This document shows positions 17,851 to 27,832 of a DNA stretch of 64,000 nucleotides, piece by piece. The stretch's first letter is position 1. The number at the start of each line of letters is the position of its first letter. The notes below the pieces were generated by a model, which was given only the letters and a program-made list of their open reading frames with translations, ran no database searches and was not told the origin of the DNA. Source of the stretch: a phage; the sequence record PZ386967.1, one strand, 5' to 3'. The translations under genes were made by a program, and so were the position numbers.

Positions 17851-20607
17851 TTATGCCCTGATAATGGAATTTGAAATAACGTCCAAGTAATCCGAAGATT
17901 TTTCAATCGGGTTCAGGGCGCTTGGTTTGTAATTCTCTTTCAAGAACCGGACAACACGATGACGCTCGATGGTCAATCGGTTTTCCCGCCTTGCTTTCAA
18001 TGACGGAGTCCTCGATATATCAAACGGTGTAAATCCATGAAACCGCAACACATCCGAAGCGCATTCAAAGATCTGTAGCATCTGATGTTCTGAACGGAAT
18101 ATCTTTTCGTCACGCTCGTTGGCGTACAAATTCACGTTAAGAGAATGTATTGTGTCCTGGAAATGGCTAAATCGACGCTTGTCATTGATTGAAACCGGGG
18201 CTTTCGCCAGGCTTTGGTAATGACGTACAGTCTGCTCATCCAAGATATCGTCCACAACTTTCATTAACTTGTTGTAACGGCTGACCAATTTGCCATAACG
18301 ATCGTCTTCAACATCACCAAACGCCTGATGAACCAGATGGCTCCCGTATTTTAATCGATCCGCCCCAAGGCGCATGCGGCGGTATGATTCCAGTATGCGC
18401 TTGGCGCTATCGCGCTCCATCATAGGCTTCACGTTTTCCAACATGATCTTCAGGATTTCATCGATCGGTATGAAGACCTCTGGGAACTTCTTCATCATTG
18501 GCACGGATTTACGACGAGCCAAGAAGATTCGGTTGTGAACGTTCAACATATCGCTGATGTACACTGGCTTGCCTTCATCGTCGACACTGACTGCGTGCTC
18601 ATACAGAGATTTACGAATACCCCGCGCCGCCGCAGTCGTCAACGTTCTGTCCATCACCTGATGGATACACGCATGGCCAGACACCTCAATATAGACGATG
18701 CGCTCGCCCTTGTTGATGATATCTGAGATCTGGTCGCCCGTTAGTTCTTCATACTGGTATATGTCGAAGTTGCTGCGCGTGAACGGAAACAGGCCGGGGT
18801 CTTTGGTGACCGGGGGCGTGACATACGACAGTTCGTTCATGAACTTGACTTCAGCAGGCTCCAACACCGCACTCAGCCAATCGACGAACTTGTCGGCGAA
18901 GCACAGATAATCAACCGTCGTTTCTTCTTTACCAATCCAAGTTTCAAAGAAATCATAGAGAGCCTGAGAATTCTTGAACGCAGGGTTGTCCTTAGATTGG
19001 TTGCGCTTGGTGACATAGGATGTGTTCGGCTTGGCCACGATGACTATCGTCCCTGTATCTTTCAGCTGCTTGATCTTCAGGTTACGAGCACGAACACTAT
19101 CTTCGATCACCACAGTAACATGCTGGCCGCGATCAATCCACTTCTGGATTTCTGAAATGGTCAAATTACTGGACTCACCCCAGTCATAGAAGATCTCCAT
19201 AGAGAACGGTGATGACAGCTCATTGAACGGCGCGGTATGGTCATAATCGCGATCAATCTCAACAGGCAGCGGGTAACGGTAATATGAATCATGAAAGCGC
19301 TTGTCGGCCGGGTATTCCTTTTCAACCATCTTGCGGAACCCACTGCCGAACATTTCACTCAGTTTTACCTTCTCCATATACAGGGCAAGAGGACCACGCT
19401 TACACGCCAGCTCCAGGTCACGCATCTTTTCTGTCAAGATTGCATTGGCGGTGCCCTTAAACTCCTCAGAGAGCGTCTCACGCGTGAATTCGTCATATGA
19501 AAGGTCTTCACGCGACGGTGGTACGTTCAGCGATCCAAGTTCGAAGAACGTATAGGACGATGGAAACTTGCTCATGATGGAAGCAGTGTCCGGGTCCAGC
19601 TGGTCCAGGTCAATCGGGTACGACACGCCACCCATTACAGCATAATGGGTGTTCCCCTGGCCTTTCGGCTGGATGTACGTGTTGTTGACCTTGAAATCAT
19701 AACTGATATCTTCCCAGCTGAAGCGGTATGAAGCGTTCTCAACAATTGGACGTTGTTCAGGGCGCATAACACGACCAAGACGGACCAGTTCATCGGAGAA
19801 TGCAGAGAAACGAGCGTTCTTCACCGGGATCTTCACCGTCATACCGTTGAACTCATCGGTGTCTTCCGGTTTAGGATCACGGGTTTCAAGATCTTTGGTG
19901 ATCAGATCAACAGTCGGGATGCGCTTGGCATTCAGGTACATCAGGAAGCGATGGAGTTTACCGTCCATGCGGCTTTCCACAGTGAACGAATCCGATACCG
20001 CAAATGGTGATTTGGAGCCAAGACCGAATGCCCCAATCTGATCATCATCTTCTTCCTTCGTACTGTGGAAGAGAGTGGTATACAACCCAGGCGTACGAAT
20101 GATTTCACCATCTTCGCGACGGAACACTAGACCACCATTATAGAACGCAGGCACGCCGATGACCTCAGCTGAGTCAGGGATCTCGTCTTCCTTGACCACC
20201 ATGTTGCCTTCCAGCAGCACTTCATCTTCCTGCGCTGGGATAGGCTCGCCAATGATCTTCTCGAGTGGTAGACCGATGCCGTAATCACGGATTTCCAGCC
20301 ATGGCTCAAAGTCATCAGGCAGATGCACAACAACCTGCTTACCCTTCGGTGCAAGGTATTTGCTATGGCGGGCAGGAGGCGGAGTGAGAGGCGCGTAGTG
20401 GGATGCTACCATACGGTGCATACGATCACGCATGCCATGGGAGTCGATGGCGTTACAGACGGTTTCGCGCAGGGCTGCAGCCTCTTTGTAACGATACAAT
20501 GATGAGAACAGAGTCTCAAACATCTTATCGTTCATCTTCACGTTGAACGCCTGCCCCTGAATGGAAGACGACGAGCGGATAAAGTGCTCGGACTTGCGCA
20601 TTTTCAT
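17851..20607 (-). CDS. rIIA: rIIA-like protein (N-terminal GHKL ATPase fold)
   Basis: LRETVCNAIDSH and IGAFGLGSKSPF match recalled T4 rIIA (VRELITNMIDAH, IGGFGLGSKSPF); 918 aa. Confidence 0.85.
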   Translation of the reverse strand: MKMRKSEHFIRSSSSIQGQAFNVKMNDKMFETLFSSLYRYKEAAALRETVCNAIDSHGMRDRMHRMVASHYAPLTPPPARHSKYLAPKGKQVVVHLPDDFEPWLEIRDYGIGLPLEKIIGEPIPAQEDEVLLEGNMVVKEDEIPDSAEVIGVPAFYNGGLVFRREDGEIIRTPGLYTTLFHSTKEEDDDQIGAFGLGSKSPFAVSDSFTVESRMDGKLHRFLMYLNAKRIPTVDLITKDLETRDPKPEDTDEFNGMTVKIPVKNARFSAFSDELVRLGRVMRPEQRPIVENASYRFSWEDISYDFKVNNTYIQPKGQGNTHYAVMGGVSYPIDLDQLDPDTASIMSKFPSSYTFFELGSLNVPPSREDLSYDEFTRETLSEEFKGTANAILTEKMRDLELACKRGPLALYMEKVKLSEMFGSGFRKMVEKEYPADKRFHDSYYRYPLPVEIDRDYDHTAPFNELSSPFSMEIFYDWGESSNLTISEIQKWIDRGQHVTVVIEDSVRARNLKIKQLKDTGTIVIVAKPNTSYVTKRNQSKDNPAFKNSQALYDFFETWIGKEETTVDYLCFADKFVDWLSAVLEPAEVKFMNELSYVTPPVTKDPGLFPFTRSNFDIYQYEELTGDQISDIINKGERIVYIEVSGHACIHQVMDRTLTTAAARGIRKSLYEHAVSVDDEGKPVYISDMLNVHNRIFLARRKSVPMMKKFPEVFIPIDEILKIMLENVKPMMERDSAKRILESYRRMRLGADRLKYGSHLVHQAFGDVEDDRYGKLVSRYNKLMKVVDDILDEQTVRHYQSLAKAPVSINDKRRFSHFQDTIHSLNVNLYANERDEKIFRSEHQMLQIFECASDVLRFHGFTPFDISRTPSLKARRENRLTIERHRVVRFLKENYKPSALNPIEKSSDYLDVISNSIIRA

Positions 20608-20680
20608 AGTATAGAAATCCTATCAAGTCAAAGGGAAACATATTGGTTGAGTGGGTATAATACGGTGGGCGTCTTCAATT

Positions 20681-20704
20681 GAAAAAGCCCTCGGCTGAGG
20701 GCTT
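20681..20704 (-). terminator. rho-independent terminator
   Basis: Hairpin AGCCCTC-GGCT-GAGGGCT with U-run on the minus strand after the 20713 gene. Confidence 0.45.
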
Positions 20705-20712
20705 TGTTCAGA

Positions 20713-21060
20713 TCAATCTTCGGTGGCAAATCGCGCCTGGAAGTCGAATGTTGGGCGCTGGGCACCAGGTTCCAACTTCTCTTCCAGATAGCCGATGATG
20801 GTGCGGGTGACCGACACAGGCTCTTTGCGTGGGTTGACTGGAGTAGCCAGCGCGATGATAGAGGACTGCTGCTCTTCTACACGCGTGTATTCCACATTGA
20901 AGTGATAGCGAGAACCAAAGGCCGCCACTTCGACTTCAACGATTTGTAGATCTTTCAGGTCAGTGCTGCTCAGGGTTCCCACGTTCAACTGTGAGCGCAG
21001 GTGCTCAACAATGTTGGAGTACACATACTGTGGGGTGATCAGCTGTTCAATAGAACTCAT
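20713..21060 (-). CDS. hypothetical protein
   Basis: 115-aa ORF, ATG with AGAGGA SD. Confidence 0.45.
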   Translation of the reverse strand: MSSIEQLITPQYVYSNIVEHLRSQLNVGTLSSTDLKDLQIVEVEVAAFGSRYHFNVEYTRVEEQQSSIIALATPVNPRKEPVSVTRTIIGYLEEKLEPGAQRPTFDFQARFATED

Positions 21061-21201
21061 AACATATCCTCTACTTTTTGGGTTCGGTTTTACTTAATCG
21101 AGCGACCTCTGCTCGAAGGAAGATTATCTCGTCGGTCATCAAACATCACCCATGATCTGGCCAACTTTGGATTGCCTACAGAAAGATCCTTCAGGCGCTC
21201 C

Positions 21202-21402
21202 TCACTTACGTTTGCGCTTGTTCTTTCCATAGGTCTTCGCCTTCTTCTTGCGGGTTACAGATGGACGACCATGTCCCGGTTCGCCGGGTGTGCCACCCTG
21301 AGTGTAACGACGCCCCCACATATCATCACCACGATGCGCGGCGACGATTTCCATTTCTGACAGCGCTAGCATAGCAGCAACAGCCGCAGATGATTTCTTC
21401 AT
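21202..21402 (-). CDS. small protein with basic C-terminus
   Basis: 66-aa ORF, ATG with AGGGGGA SD; ends KKKAKTYGKNKRKRK. Confidence 0.4.
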   Translation of the reverse strand: MKKSSAAVAAMLALSEMEIVAAHRGDDMWGRRYTQGGTPGEPGHGRPSVTRKKKAKTYGKNKRKRK

Positions 21403-21854
21403 TTCGTTTCCCCCTTGGCAGCATAGGACAGTGCCTGAACAATCATTACAGCCAGATCGATCGGCGAGTAGGTGCTGTTCAGATCTTCTCGAACACTCTG
21501 CTCGATTTCTTCATCAGACTGGACCACAGGACAGTTCTTCCCCTGGCGACGGCGTTCTGTGTTGATCATATCACGCAGGAGCAGATCGGTGAAGGAGTAC
21601 TCGTCAAAGTTCTCCAGGTATTTCTGAATCCCAGTGGATACAGGGGTTGGCTCCGGTTCCTGTTCCCCAGGATCTTTCAGGGCAGCAACAGTGGCATCAA
21701 TATCCCACAGAGGGTTCAGCAGTAACAGAAGATTAACTGTTTCTCCTGACTCTGAAGTCGGGTTCTTTCCCAGCACCTTGTACAGATTCTTCAGGGTGCT
21801 GTCGAAGGTCAGAACGGTCTGCGCCAGTTCTTCATAAGTTGGTTTGGTAGTCAT
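21399..21854 (-). CDS. hypothetical protein
   Basis: 151-aa ORF, ATG start. Confidence 0.45.
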   Translation of the reverse strand: MTTKPTYEELAQTVLTFDSTLKNLYKVLGKNPTSESGETVNLLLLLNPLWDIDATVAALKDPGEQEPEPTPVSTGIQKYLENFDEYSFTDLLLRDMINTERRRQGKNCPVVQSDEEIEQSVREDLNSTYSPIDLAVMIVQALSYAAKGETK

Positions 21855-21916
21855 CAGCGTTTGCTCCGGCGTTTGTTCTTCATCTTTCTTGGCTTGTCTG
21901 TCATGTTCCTGTCCAC

Positions 21917-21950
21917 GAAAAAGGGATAGAGCAATAATACCCTATCCCCT
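21917..21950 (-). terminator. rho-independent terminator with conserved 5' flank
   Basis: Minus strand reads CGTTCTTCAATAAAAGGGGATAGGG...CTATCCCTTTTT: hairpin plus U-run. Confidence 0.5.
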
Positions 21951-21965
21951 TTTATTGAAGAACGA

Positions 21966-22379
21966 TTAGTCTTCAGATTCTACTTTGCCGCCTCGTAGAT
22001 CCCGAACTGGTTTACCGTCCGGTGCCATCACATAAATGGTGTTGATTGTCTCAAACCAAGACAGCTGGTCAACACCCTCGGTGTATGGAGTCACCGGAAC
22101 AGAAGTCTTGACCTCTTTGCCTTTCGTGTTCGGATGTTCAACCACATCCAAGAACGCACATTTCCCGCTCGGAAGGATAACACCATCAGTAAACAGCACG
22201 ATCTTCTTGCGAGGGTTGCTGGCCTCACCCAGGCACACCACCAGATGATGGATCATCTCGGGGCGGTCAATCAACAAGTCGTCTTTGATAATCCCTTGCT
22301 TGATAGCAGAGATCACCACTTCATCCAACAGAGCCTGCTGTTGGTCCAGTGTCAGGGATTCAGTGAGTTTCACGCTCAT
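21966..22379 (-). CDS. hypothetical protein
   Basis: 137-aa ORF, ATG start. Confidence 0.45.
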   Translation of the reverse strand: MSVKLTESLTLDQQQALLDEVVISAIKQGIIKDDLLIDRPEMIHHLVVCLGEASNPRKKIVLFTDGVILPSGKCAFLDVVEHPNTKGKEVKTSVPVTPYTEGVDQLSWFETINTIYVMAPDGKPVRDLRGGKVESED

Positions 22380-22383
22380 GACA

Positions 22384-22953
22384 TCAGCCTTTGAAGTTAA
22401 TCGGTTTCTGAATACCAGCGTCGAACGCGGCCTGGGTACGGGTATCGCTCACCACCTGGCAAGTCTTGTCAAGGTCGATGCGCGGGTAGCCGAACATGCC
22501 AGCAATCAACGAACCAGGGAACTGAGCCAGCTTGGTTTCGTATATTGTGCAGATATCCAGCTTCTTGGTCTGGCTGATGCGGAATTCATCACGCCCAGAA
22601 CTGATCACCACCTGGATCTCTTTGTACAGGCTGGAATCGAACTGAATATTCTGCTCCTGGATCCACTGCATGACGGCCTTGGAACCATCAGCGCCATAAC
22701 GCCCTTCGAACGTGCCTTTGATCACTTCCTTCAGACCGTCTTTATACATGTCAGGAATCTGCGCCGTCTCCTGAACTTTGAGCGTGTAGTTGCTCAGGTA
22801 GTTCTCGGAGTCTTTGTTGAACTTCCTAACCTGCTGCTCAGTGCGGTTGAAGTCGTTGAAGTAGCTGATGACTGTACCGATGCCGAGAATCACTACACCC
22901 AGCAAAGCCAAACCAATTATCCAACCTGTTGCAATACCCTTAGATTGAGACAT
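22384..22953 (-). CDS. LemA-like membrane protein
   Basis: 189 aa; one N-terminal transmembrane helix then a soluble helical domain, LemA-family architecture; ATG with AGAGGAAG SD. Confidence 0.45.
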   Translation of the reverse strand: MSQSKGIATGWIIGLALLGVVILGIGTVISYFNDFNRTEQQVRKFNKDSENYLSNYTLKVQETAQIPDMYKDGLKEVIKGTFEGRYGADGSKAVMQWIQEQNIQFDSSLYKEIQVVISSGRDEFRISQTKKLDICTIYETKLAQFPGSLIAGMFGYPRIDLDKTCQVVSDTRTQAAFDAGIQKPINFKG

Positions 22954-22971
22954 TCTTACTTCCTCTTTTGA

Positions 22972-24084
22972 TTAAAAATTAAACGGATAACGACGACCAC
23001 CATTGTACTCCATTCGCTGCAATATGAAAATTGCGGTGAATGGTAAGCAACCCAGCAGAACAATAACCACAACTTCCCAGGTCTTGAGTTCCCGCCACTT
23101 CAGGTACTCCATTTCCTTCATCTCAACGCGGTTGTAGCCTTTGGTGATGTTAGCGACAACATCAGCCATGACACCGACGCCCATGTCGTGGCCTGTGAGA
23201 GTCATGCCATTGCGAGAGTGTAGTTCACGGTTATACATACCATCAGCGAACGAAGTGCTCTTACCCCAGTTGATCTTCAGATCTTTGCTGATGTCGGTCA
23301 CGACGATAACGTCGTTCTTTTTACCACCATCCCAAGCATAGACCAAGCCCTGGAAGTATTCAACTGGCTGACCGGATGTCACAACCCAGACGATATTGAC
23401 CTGACGTGAAGCACCTAATGTTTTCAGAGTATTGTTCAGATAGTCGTTCCAGTATGTGGTCGGTAACGCCAGGCCGGACACATTCAACACACGAGTGACA
23501 CGATAGTAGTCATAGACCTCAGGGTACTTGGGAATCTTGTCTTTGAAGCGCTCAGCAAACTGCTGGTCCGAGCGAGAGAACAGAGAGTCCTTGTTACCCA
23601 GCACATAGTTCATGTAGGAATGCTCACGGGCTGCGGGTTCGCCGATCTGAACCTGCGCCCAGCGCGGCGGTTGACCAAGACCACGGCGATCAATACGGTC
23701 AATCGTCAGATTACCGACAGTAGTCAACACATCCCAGTCCACGTCATATGAATGCTCATAACATGTACTGCAATGGCGAGTGCGGGTACAGGACTTGCTA
23801 CTGCCGGAGCCAGAGCACGATGTGGTGTAGTAGCAGTTGCATTCATATGAATGCTCACAGCTCACCTTATTCCGCTCCTTTGCAGTGACGTACCCGTTCA
23901 GGATCTCAACATCCCCTGAACTGCCAAGGGAGAACGCAGCATAAGCCCCCGCCTGAATCAGACAGGATAGCACCACTACAATCGCGGTCGCTATCAGAGT
24001 CTCTTTCGGCTCATGGGTCTTGCGGTGGTAGGCCACAAACAGGATAGCCAGTACCAATGGCACACCAAACAGGAGGTAGATCAT
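22972..24084 (-). CDS. membrane protein with TPM-like domain and Cys-rich insert
   Basis: 370 aa; N- and C-terminal transmembrane helices; VNIVWVVTSG...GKKNDVIVVTDISKDLKINWGK resembles the TPM-domain core; Cys-rich segment CEHSYECNCYYTTSCSG...CSTC. Confidence 0.4.
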   Translation of the reverse strand: MIYLLFGVPLVLAILFVAYHRKTHEPKETLIATAIVVVLSCLIQAGAYAAFSLGSSGDVEILNGYVTAKERNKVSCEHSYECNCYYTTSCSGSGSSKSCTRTRHCSTCYEHSYDVDWDVLTTVGNLTIDRIDRRGLGQPPRWAQVQIGEPAAREHSYMNYVLGNKDSLFSRSDQQFAERFKDKIPKYPEVYDYYRVTRVLNVSGLALPTTYWNDYLNNTLKTLGASRQVNIVWVVTSGQPVEYFQGLVYAWDGGKKNDVIVVTDISKDLKINWGKSTSFADGMYNRELHSRNGMTLTGHDMGVGVMADVVANITKGYNRVEMKEMEYLKWRELKTWEVVVIVLLGCLPFTAIFILQRMEYNGGRRYPFNF

Positions 24085-24467
24085 TTGGATTCACCGACGA
24101 GCTGCGCCTTGGTCATCCCAAGGAGTTGATCTTTATGCTCAGGATTGGCACCGTTCTTTAACAACAAATCCCAACGCTCTTCATGGTACTGTGGGTCCAG
24201 TGCTTCATCAAATGTGATGTGGTGGCGGAACATAACAGTTGCCACTGAATGGACACAATGAGCGGTTGCACGCTTCAGAGTATGCTCTGATGTGATGTGC
24301 TTTTGGTATTCAATCCCCATCAAATCCAGTTCTCTGAAAAGACAAGATAATGACAGGACACCCTGCGAATGCAACGCGACGATAGTGTCTTTCTTAGGGT
24401 GCAGCATACCATCTGTTTCTTTCATGAACAGATCATACAGATACTGCTTGTATTCAGACTGTGTCAT
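24081..24467 (-). CDS. hypothetical protein (His-rich)
   Basis: 128-aa ORF; stop overlaps the start of the upstream-numbered gene (ATGA). Confidence 0.45.
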   Translation of the reverse strand: MTQSEYKQYLYDLFMKETDGMLHPKKDTIVALHSQGVLSLSCLFRELDLMGIEYQKHITSEHTLKRATAHCVHSVATVMFRHHITFDEALDPQYHEERWDLLLKNGANPEHKDQLLGMTKAQLVGESK

Positions 24468-24535
24468 TTAGATTCTCCCATGACGAGTAGAGACATATCT
24501 TCAATTCGTTGTATTGCCATGATGTAGATCCTTGC

Positions 24536-24578
24536 AAAAAGAAAGGGGAACGGGCTAATATTAACCCATTCCCCTTTA
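24536..24578 (-). terminator. rho-independent terminator with conserved 5' flank
   Basis: Minus strand reads GCGTTCTTCAATAAAGGGGAATGGG...CCCGTTCCCCTTTCTTTTT. Confidence 0.5.
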
Positions 24579-24603
24579 TTGAAGAACGCAATCCGCAGTC
24601 AGA

Positions 24604-24771
24604 TTACTTTTTCTTCAGCTCTTCCAGCTTGGCTTCAATTTGGTCCAGAATCTCTTTACCTTTCTGGACGATGGCTTCACCATCTTGCGCGTGTTTACGG
24701 AAGACCAAAGCACCAGCGATGAAGCCGACAACCGCGCCAGGAAGCGCATAAACCAGCAGATCTTGTAACAT
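24604..24771 (-). CDS. small membrane protein (55 aa, below the ORF-track size cutoff)
   Basis: Hand-translated ATG..TAA frame with hydrophobic segment YALPGAVVGFIAGALVF, sitting between the 411-aa gene and the terminator. Confidence 0.3.
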   Translation of the reverse strand: MLQDLLVYALPGAVVGFIAGALVFRKHAQDGEAIVQKGKEILDQIEAKLEELKKK

Positions 24772-24807
24772 GATAATATCCTCGCTTTATAGGCGAGGAT
24801 ATTTATA

Positions 24808-26043
24808 TCAGCGTTTCAAGAGTGCCATGAGGTTGACGCTGCTGGACTTCGGCTTGTCCTCAACCTTGCGCACAGGCATCTTCAGGTTCGTACATACCTC
24901 GGATGGCTCCCAGCGCGTACCCTTTTGCAGGTGCCAGATATGCAGAGGAACACCAGTCTCAAAGAACACAGGCATCTTCCACTTCTGGACGCCTGGAACG
25001 TGCCCTGCAGGAGCCTTTTCGCACAACAGGGTATCTGGCAGCCAGAGCGAACGGGCTTCCCAGAGCGCTGCGCAGGAGTATTCAGGCCAGACGCGTTCCA
25101 TGTAGTCTATTTCATCCCAGGTACGCTCTGCGTCCCACCCGATGTAACGGGTATTCTTCAGTCGGAAGAATTTCTTCAGCCAACAAGCACCGGAGGTTTC
25201 AAAGTTCAGACGGTTGATGAACGTCAGGTGTCCGAACTCAGCCACACAATCCTGGAACGCCTGCTCAAGGTCGGCCTCAAGGATGTCACACTCTTCATCC
25301 GTGATAGGGCAACCGTTGATCTTTTTCTTCCCGTGTTTAGTCACCCAATCGTCACGGTTGGACAAGAACGCCGCGCCATTACGGTTGGACTCGCTTCCAT
25401 CACGATCACGCAGCATGAAGCCAGGGACGTCAATGGTGTATTCGTTCCCGAAGACCATGTTCAGGGCTTCCAGGAAGTTCCAGGCGCTCAGGCGACCGAA
25501 GTATTTCCAGGACATCGCCGTGTCCCACAGCTGGGTGAATTGTTCTGTCTTATCGATGCACACCAACATCCCACGGAAAGCGTCATATTGAGTACGGCCA
25601 GCCAGCCAGTCAATATAGGACTGAACACACGGAATCATCTTGGACTTGCGGTAGCGGCAATCGGTATCGAATCGCATGCGATCAAAGTTCAGATTATACC
25701 AATCAGAGAAGCGCTGCATCTCTTCCTTAGACTGAGGCGGCACAGGGAACTCACTGTAGATCGTCCACGGCCCGACGGCGTTATAGCAACAACCCCACAG
25801 GAATGCCATCCAGATCTTGCGCTCGACTTTCTGTTCGAGGCTGATGCCTTCAGTGACTTCGATCGCATAGTCCATCAGACGCATCTGCTGGTTGTGCTCT
25901 TCTGTGTAGGACAGCGCCTCCACCCAAGCCTTGAGCAGGTACATGCGATTCTCAGGCTTGCGATAATCAACAGCCAGGTCAATCGGGTACTTCCATTCAG
26001 CCGGAGGTGTATAGCCCGTCGGCATTTTAGATAAATGATGCAT
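24808..26043 (-). CDS. hypothetical protein (candidate DNA-modification enzyme by context only)
   Basis: 411-aa ORF, ATG start, Trp/Cys-rich; no motif recognised. Confidence 0.5.
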   Translation of the reverse strand: MHHLSKMPTGYTPPAEWKYPIDLAVDYRKPENRMYLLKAWVEALSYTEEHNQQMRLMDYAIEVTEGISLEQKVERKIWMAFLWGCCYNAVGPWTIYSEFPVPPQSKEEMQRFSDWYNLNFDRMRFDTDCRYRKSKMIPCVQSYIDWLAGRTQYDAFRGMLVCIDKTEQFTQLWDTAMSWKYFGRLSAWNFLEALNMVFGNEYTIDVPGFMLRDRDGSESNRNGAAFLSNRDDWVTKHGKKKINGCPITDEECDILEADLEQAFQDCVAEFGHLTFINRLNFETSGACWLKKFFRLKNTRYIGWDAERTWDEIDYMERVWPEYSCAALWEARSLWLPDTLLCEKAPAGHVPGVQKWKMPVFFETGVPLHIWHLQKGTRWEPSEVCTNLKMPVRKVEDKPKSSSVNLMALLKR

Positions 26044-26404
26044 CTTTCGCTTCCTCTTCAGGAGCCACAGCTTCAGGCTCGGGAGCCAACTGAATGTCTT
26101 CTGGTTTCACAAACCCCATCGGACGTTCCCACATATCGATGAAGCGGCGGTCGGCGGTCACAAACCAAAGACGGGCTGCAGTGTGGGTCTTACCCGAGAT
26201 GAACATCTGGGCATTCGTCTGGGTACGGAACGGAGCCGCCTGCAACCACTTACCGAAGTCTTTGGACGACGGATTGGCATTCAGCTGGAACTGAGGGATG
26301 ACGCAGTTCTTTTCAGGAATAAGGCGCACGGCAGTAATGTGCTTGGCGTTTCCGGTGTAGTCAATCGCAACAGCCACAGCATCGCGAGGGATTTGAATTT
26401 TCAT
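26027..26404 (-). CDS. hypothetical protein
   Basis: 125-aa ORF overlapping its neighbours by a few codons. Confidence 0.45.
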   Translation of the reverse strand: MKIQIPRDAVAVAIDYTGNAKHITAVRLIPEKNCVIPQFQLNANPSSKDFGKWLQAAPFRTQTNAQMFISGKTHTAARLWFVTADRRFIDMWERPMGFVKPEDIQLAPEPEAVAPEEEAKDASFI

Positions 26405-26604
26405 TTTGGTTCCTTGAATATTTTATAGCCAGCAGCGCCGATAGCCATAATCGCGCCGATACAATACAACATGGTCAGGTTCATCTTCTCTGAGGTTGTT
26501 AAGTCCAGAGGGGTGAAATGATAGGCTAGGGCAGTACACATTGAAACGGCTGCCATAACCAGACCAATGAACAACAGATAATTAGACAACCGTTTCATGA
26601 TCAC
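26401..26604 (-). CDS. small membrane protein
   Basis: 67-aa ORF with two hydrophobic helices; ATGA coupling. Confidence 0.4.
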   Translation of the reverse strand: MIMKRLSNYLLFIGLVMAAVSMCTALAYHFTPLDLTTSEKMNLTMLYCIGAIMAIGAAGYKIFKEPK

Positions 26605-27518
26605 CCCTTCTTCATCAGGTCAAGGAGAGAGCGCGACGCTGCCTTCGTTGCTTCTGGCTGGGCGCTCGCCTTGGTTTTAGTTTTGGATGCCTTCTGCGGC
26701 TTCTCAGGGACTCTGTGCGCCAAAGGATCCTGGCCGCCGATTTCACGAGTCATCGGATTGGTTTCACAGTAGGCGTAGAAGTCTTTGGTGTCCATGTTAA
26801 CTTCACGCAGTTCGGACCGTATCTGATGACAAATCGCATTACCCACAACCCACAGCGGGGCGTCGTATGGGAGCACCGCCAACTCGGACTGCTGTTTGGT
26901 CGTGAACTCCTGGGTGTTGGTCTCTGGCGCTTTATACAGGATATCCTGTCCGCTGTAATCATCAACAGCCACAGTGAAGCCCAGCGCCAGCATTTCGGCC
27001 TTCGACTTCTCAAACTCCTTGGAGTAAGATTCGTTGCGTGACCAGCCGGAGTTCCCTGCTTCTTTACCAGATCGACCACGGATACGAGCATCGTACTGAT
27101 AGCGGTCGGGGTACGCAAAGTACAGCAGCGCCAATGATTCAATCGGATAGTTCTTGAACATCCATTCAGGACGCCATTTGTCCGACAGCATGAGGGGTTC
27201 ACCCTCACACACCAGAGTGTATCCCTGAACCAACCAGCACTTGATTAGATCACGAGCAATATCGCCTGAGCCTGTAGCAGCATGGATTGCATCCATTGAA
27301 GTCCAGGAAGCCAGGCCGGATTTGTTAGACACGGTGTACTGTCCAACGAAGATTAACTTCAGCTCTCCGAACTTCAGGCCAAACGGGCGAGTCTTGTCAC
27401 CAACGGTGTAGGTCAGTTCGGTAGGCTCCAGCTTCGTACGGAGCCATTCGATGAACTGGACCACTCTCGTACCCTTGCCCGTGGCCGAGGTGCCTTTCAC
27501 TACGATAATTTTTGCCAT
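26601..27518 (-). CDS. P-loop kinase (polynucleotide kinase-like; candidate DNA or nucleotide kinase)
   Basis: N-terminal Walker A KIIVVKGTSATGKGT, similar in layout to T4 Pnk N-terminus (KIILTIGCPGSGKST); 305 aa. Confidence 0.55.
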   Translation of the reverse strand: MAKIIVVKGTSATGKGTRVVQFIEWLRTKLEPTELTYTVGDKTRPFGLKFGELKLIFVGQYTVSNKSGLASWTSMDAIHAATGSGDIARDLIKCWLVQGYTLVCEGEPLMLSDKWRPEWMFKNYPIESLALLYFAYPDRYQYDARIRGRSGKEAGNSGWSRNESYSKEFEKSKAEMLALGFTVAVDDYSGQDILYKAPETNTQEFTTKQQSELAVLPYDAPLWVVGNAICHQIRSELREVNMDTKDFYAYCETNPMTREIGGQDPLAHRVPEKPQKASKTKTKASAQPEATKAASRSLLDLMKKG

Positions 27519-27823
27519 TACACAGCATCCTCAATACGCCAGCTCACGCCGCCCAGCCAAGGTGCCCAGAACACAGCAACCTGCGGACGACCGTTTTCTT
27601 CAAACTTAACTTTATACTGGTCGTCGAAGTTATAGAAGATTTCATCCGATTCAGAGCGCTGGCCGATCTTCACCAGTACATCATGAAGAGCCTTGGCTGC
27701 GCCGATAGGAGTTGGAGTCTCCTGCTGACGAATGAAGTTGTTCACATGGTTAATCACGCCATCCATGTCGCTGTCACCGGAACGCTTGTCTGGGGTTTCC
27801 CCGAACTTATTCTGATCTTGCAC
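27518..27823 (-). CDS. hypothetical protein
   Basis: 101-aa ORF; TAATG junction with the kinase gene. Confidence 0.45.
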   Translation of the reverse strand: MQDQNKFGETPDKRSGDSDMDGVINHVNNFIRQQETPTPIGAAKALHDVLVKIGQRSESDEIFYNFDDQYKVKFEENGRPQVAVFWAPWLGGVSWRIEDAV

Positions 27824-27832
27824 GATGTCCTC

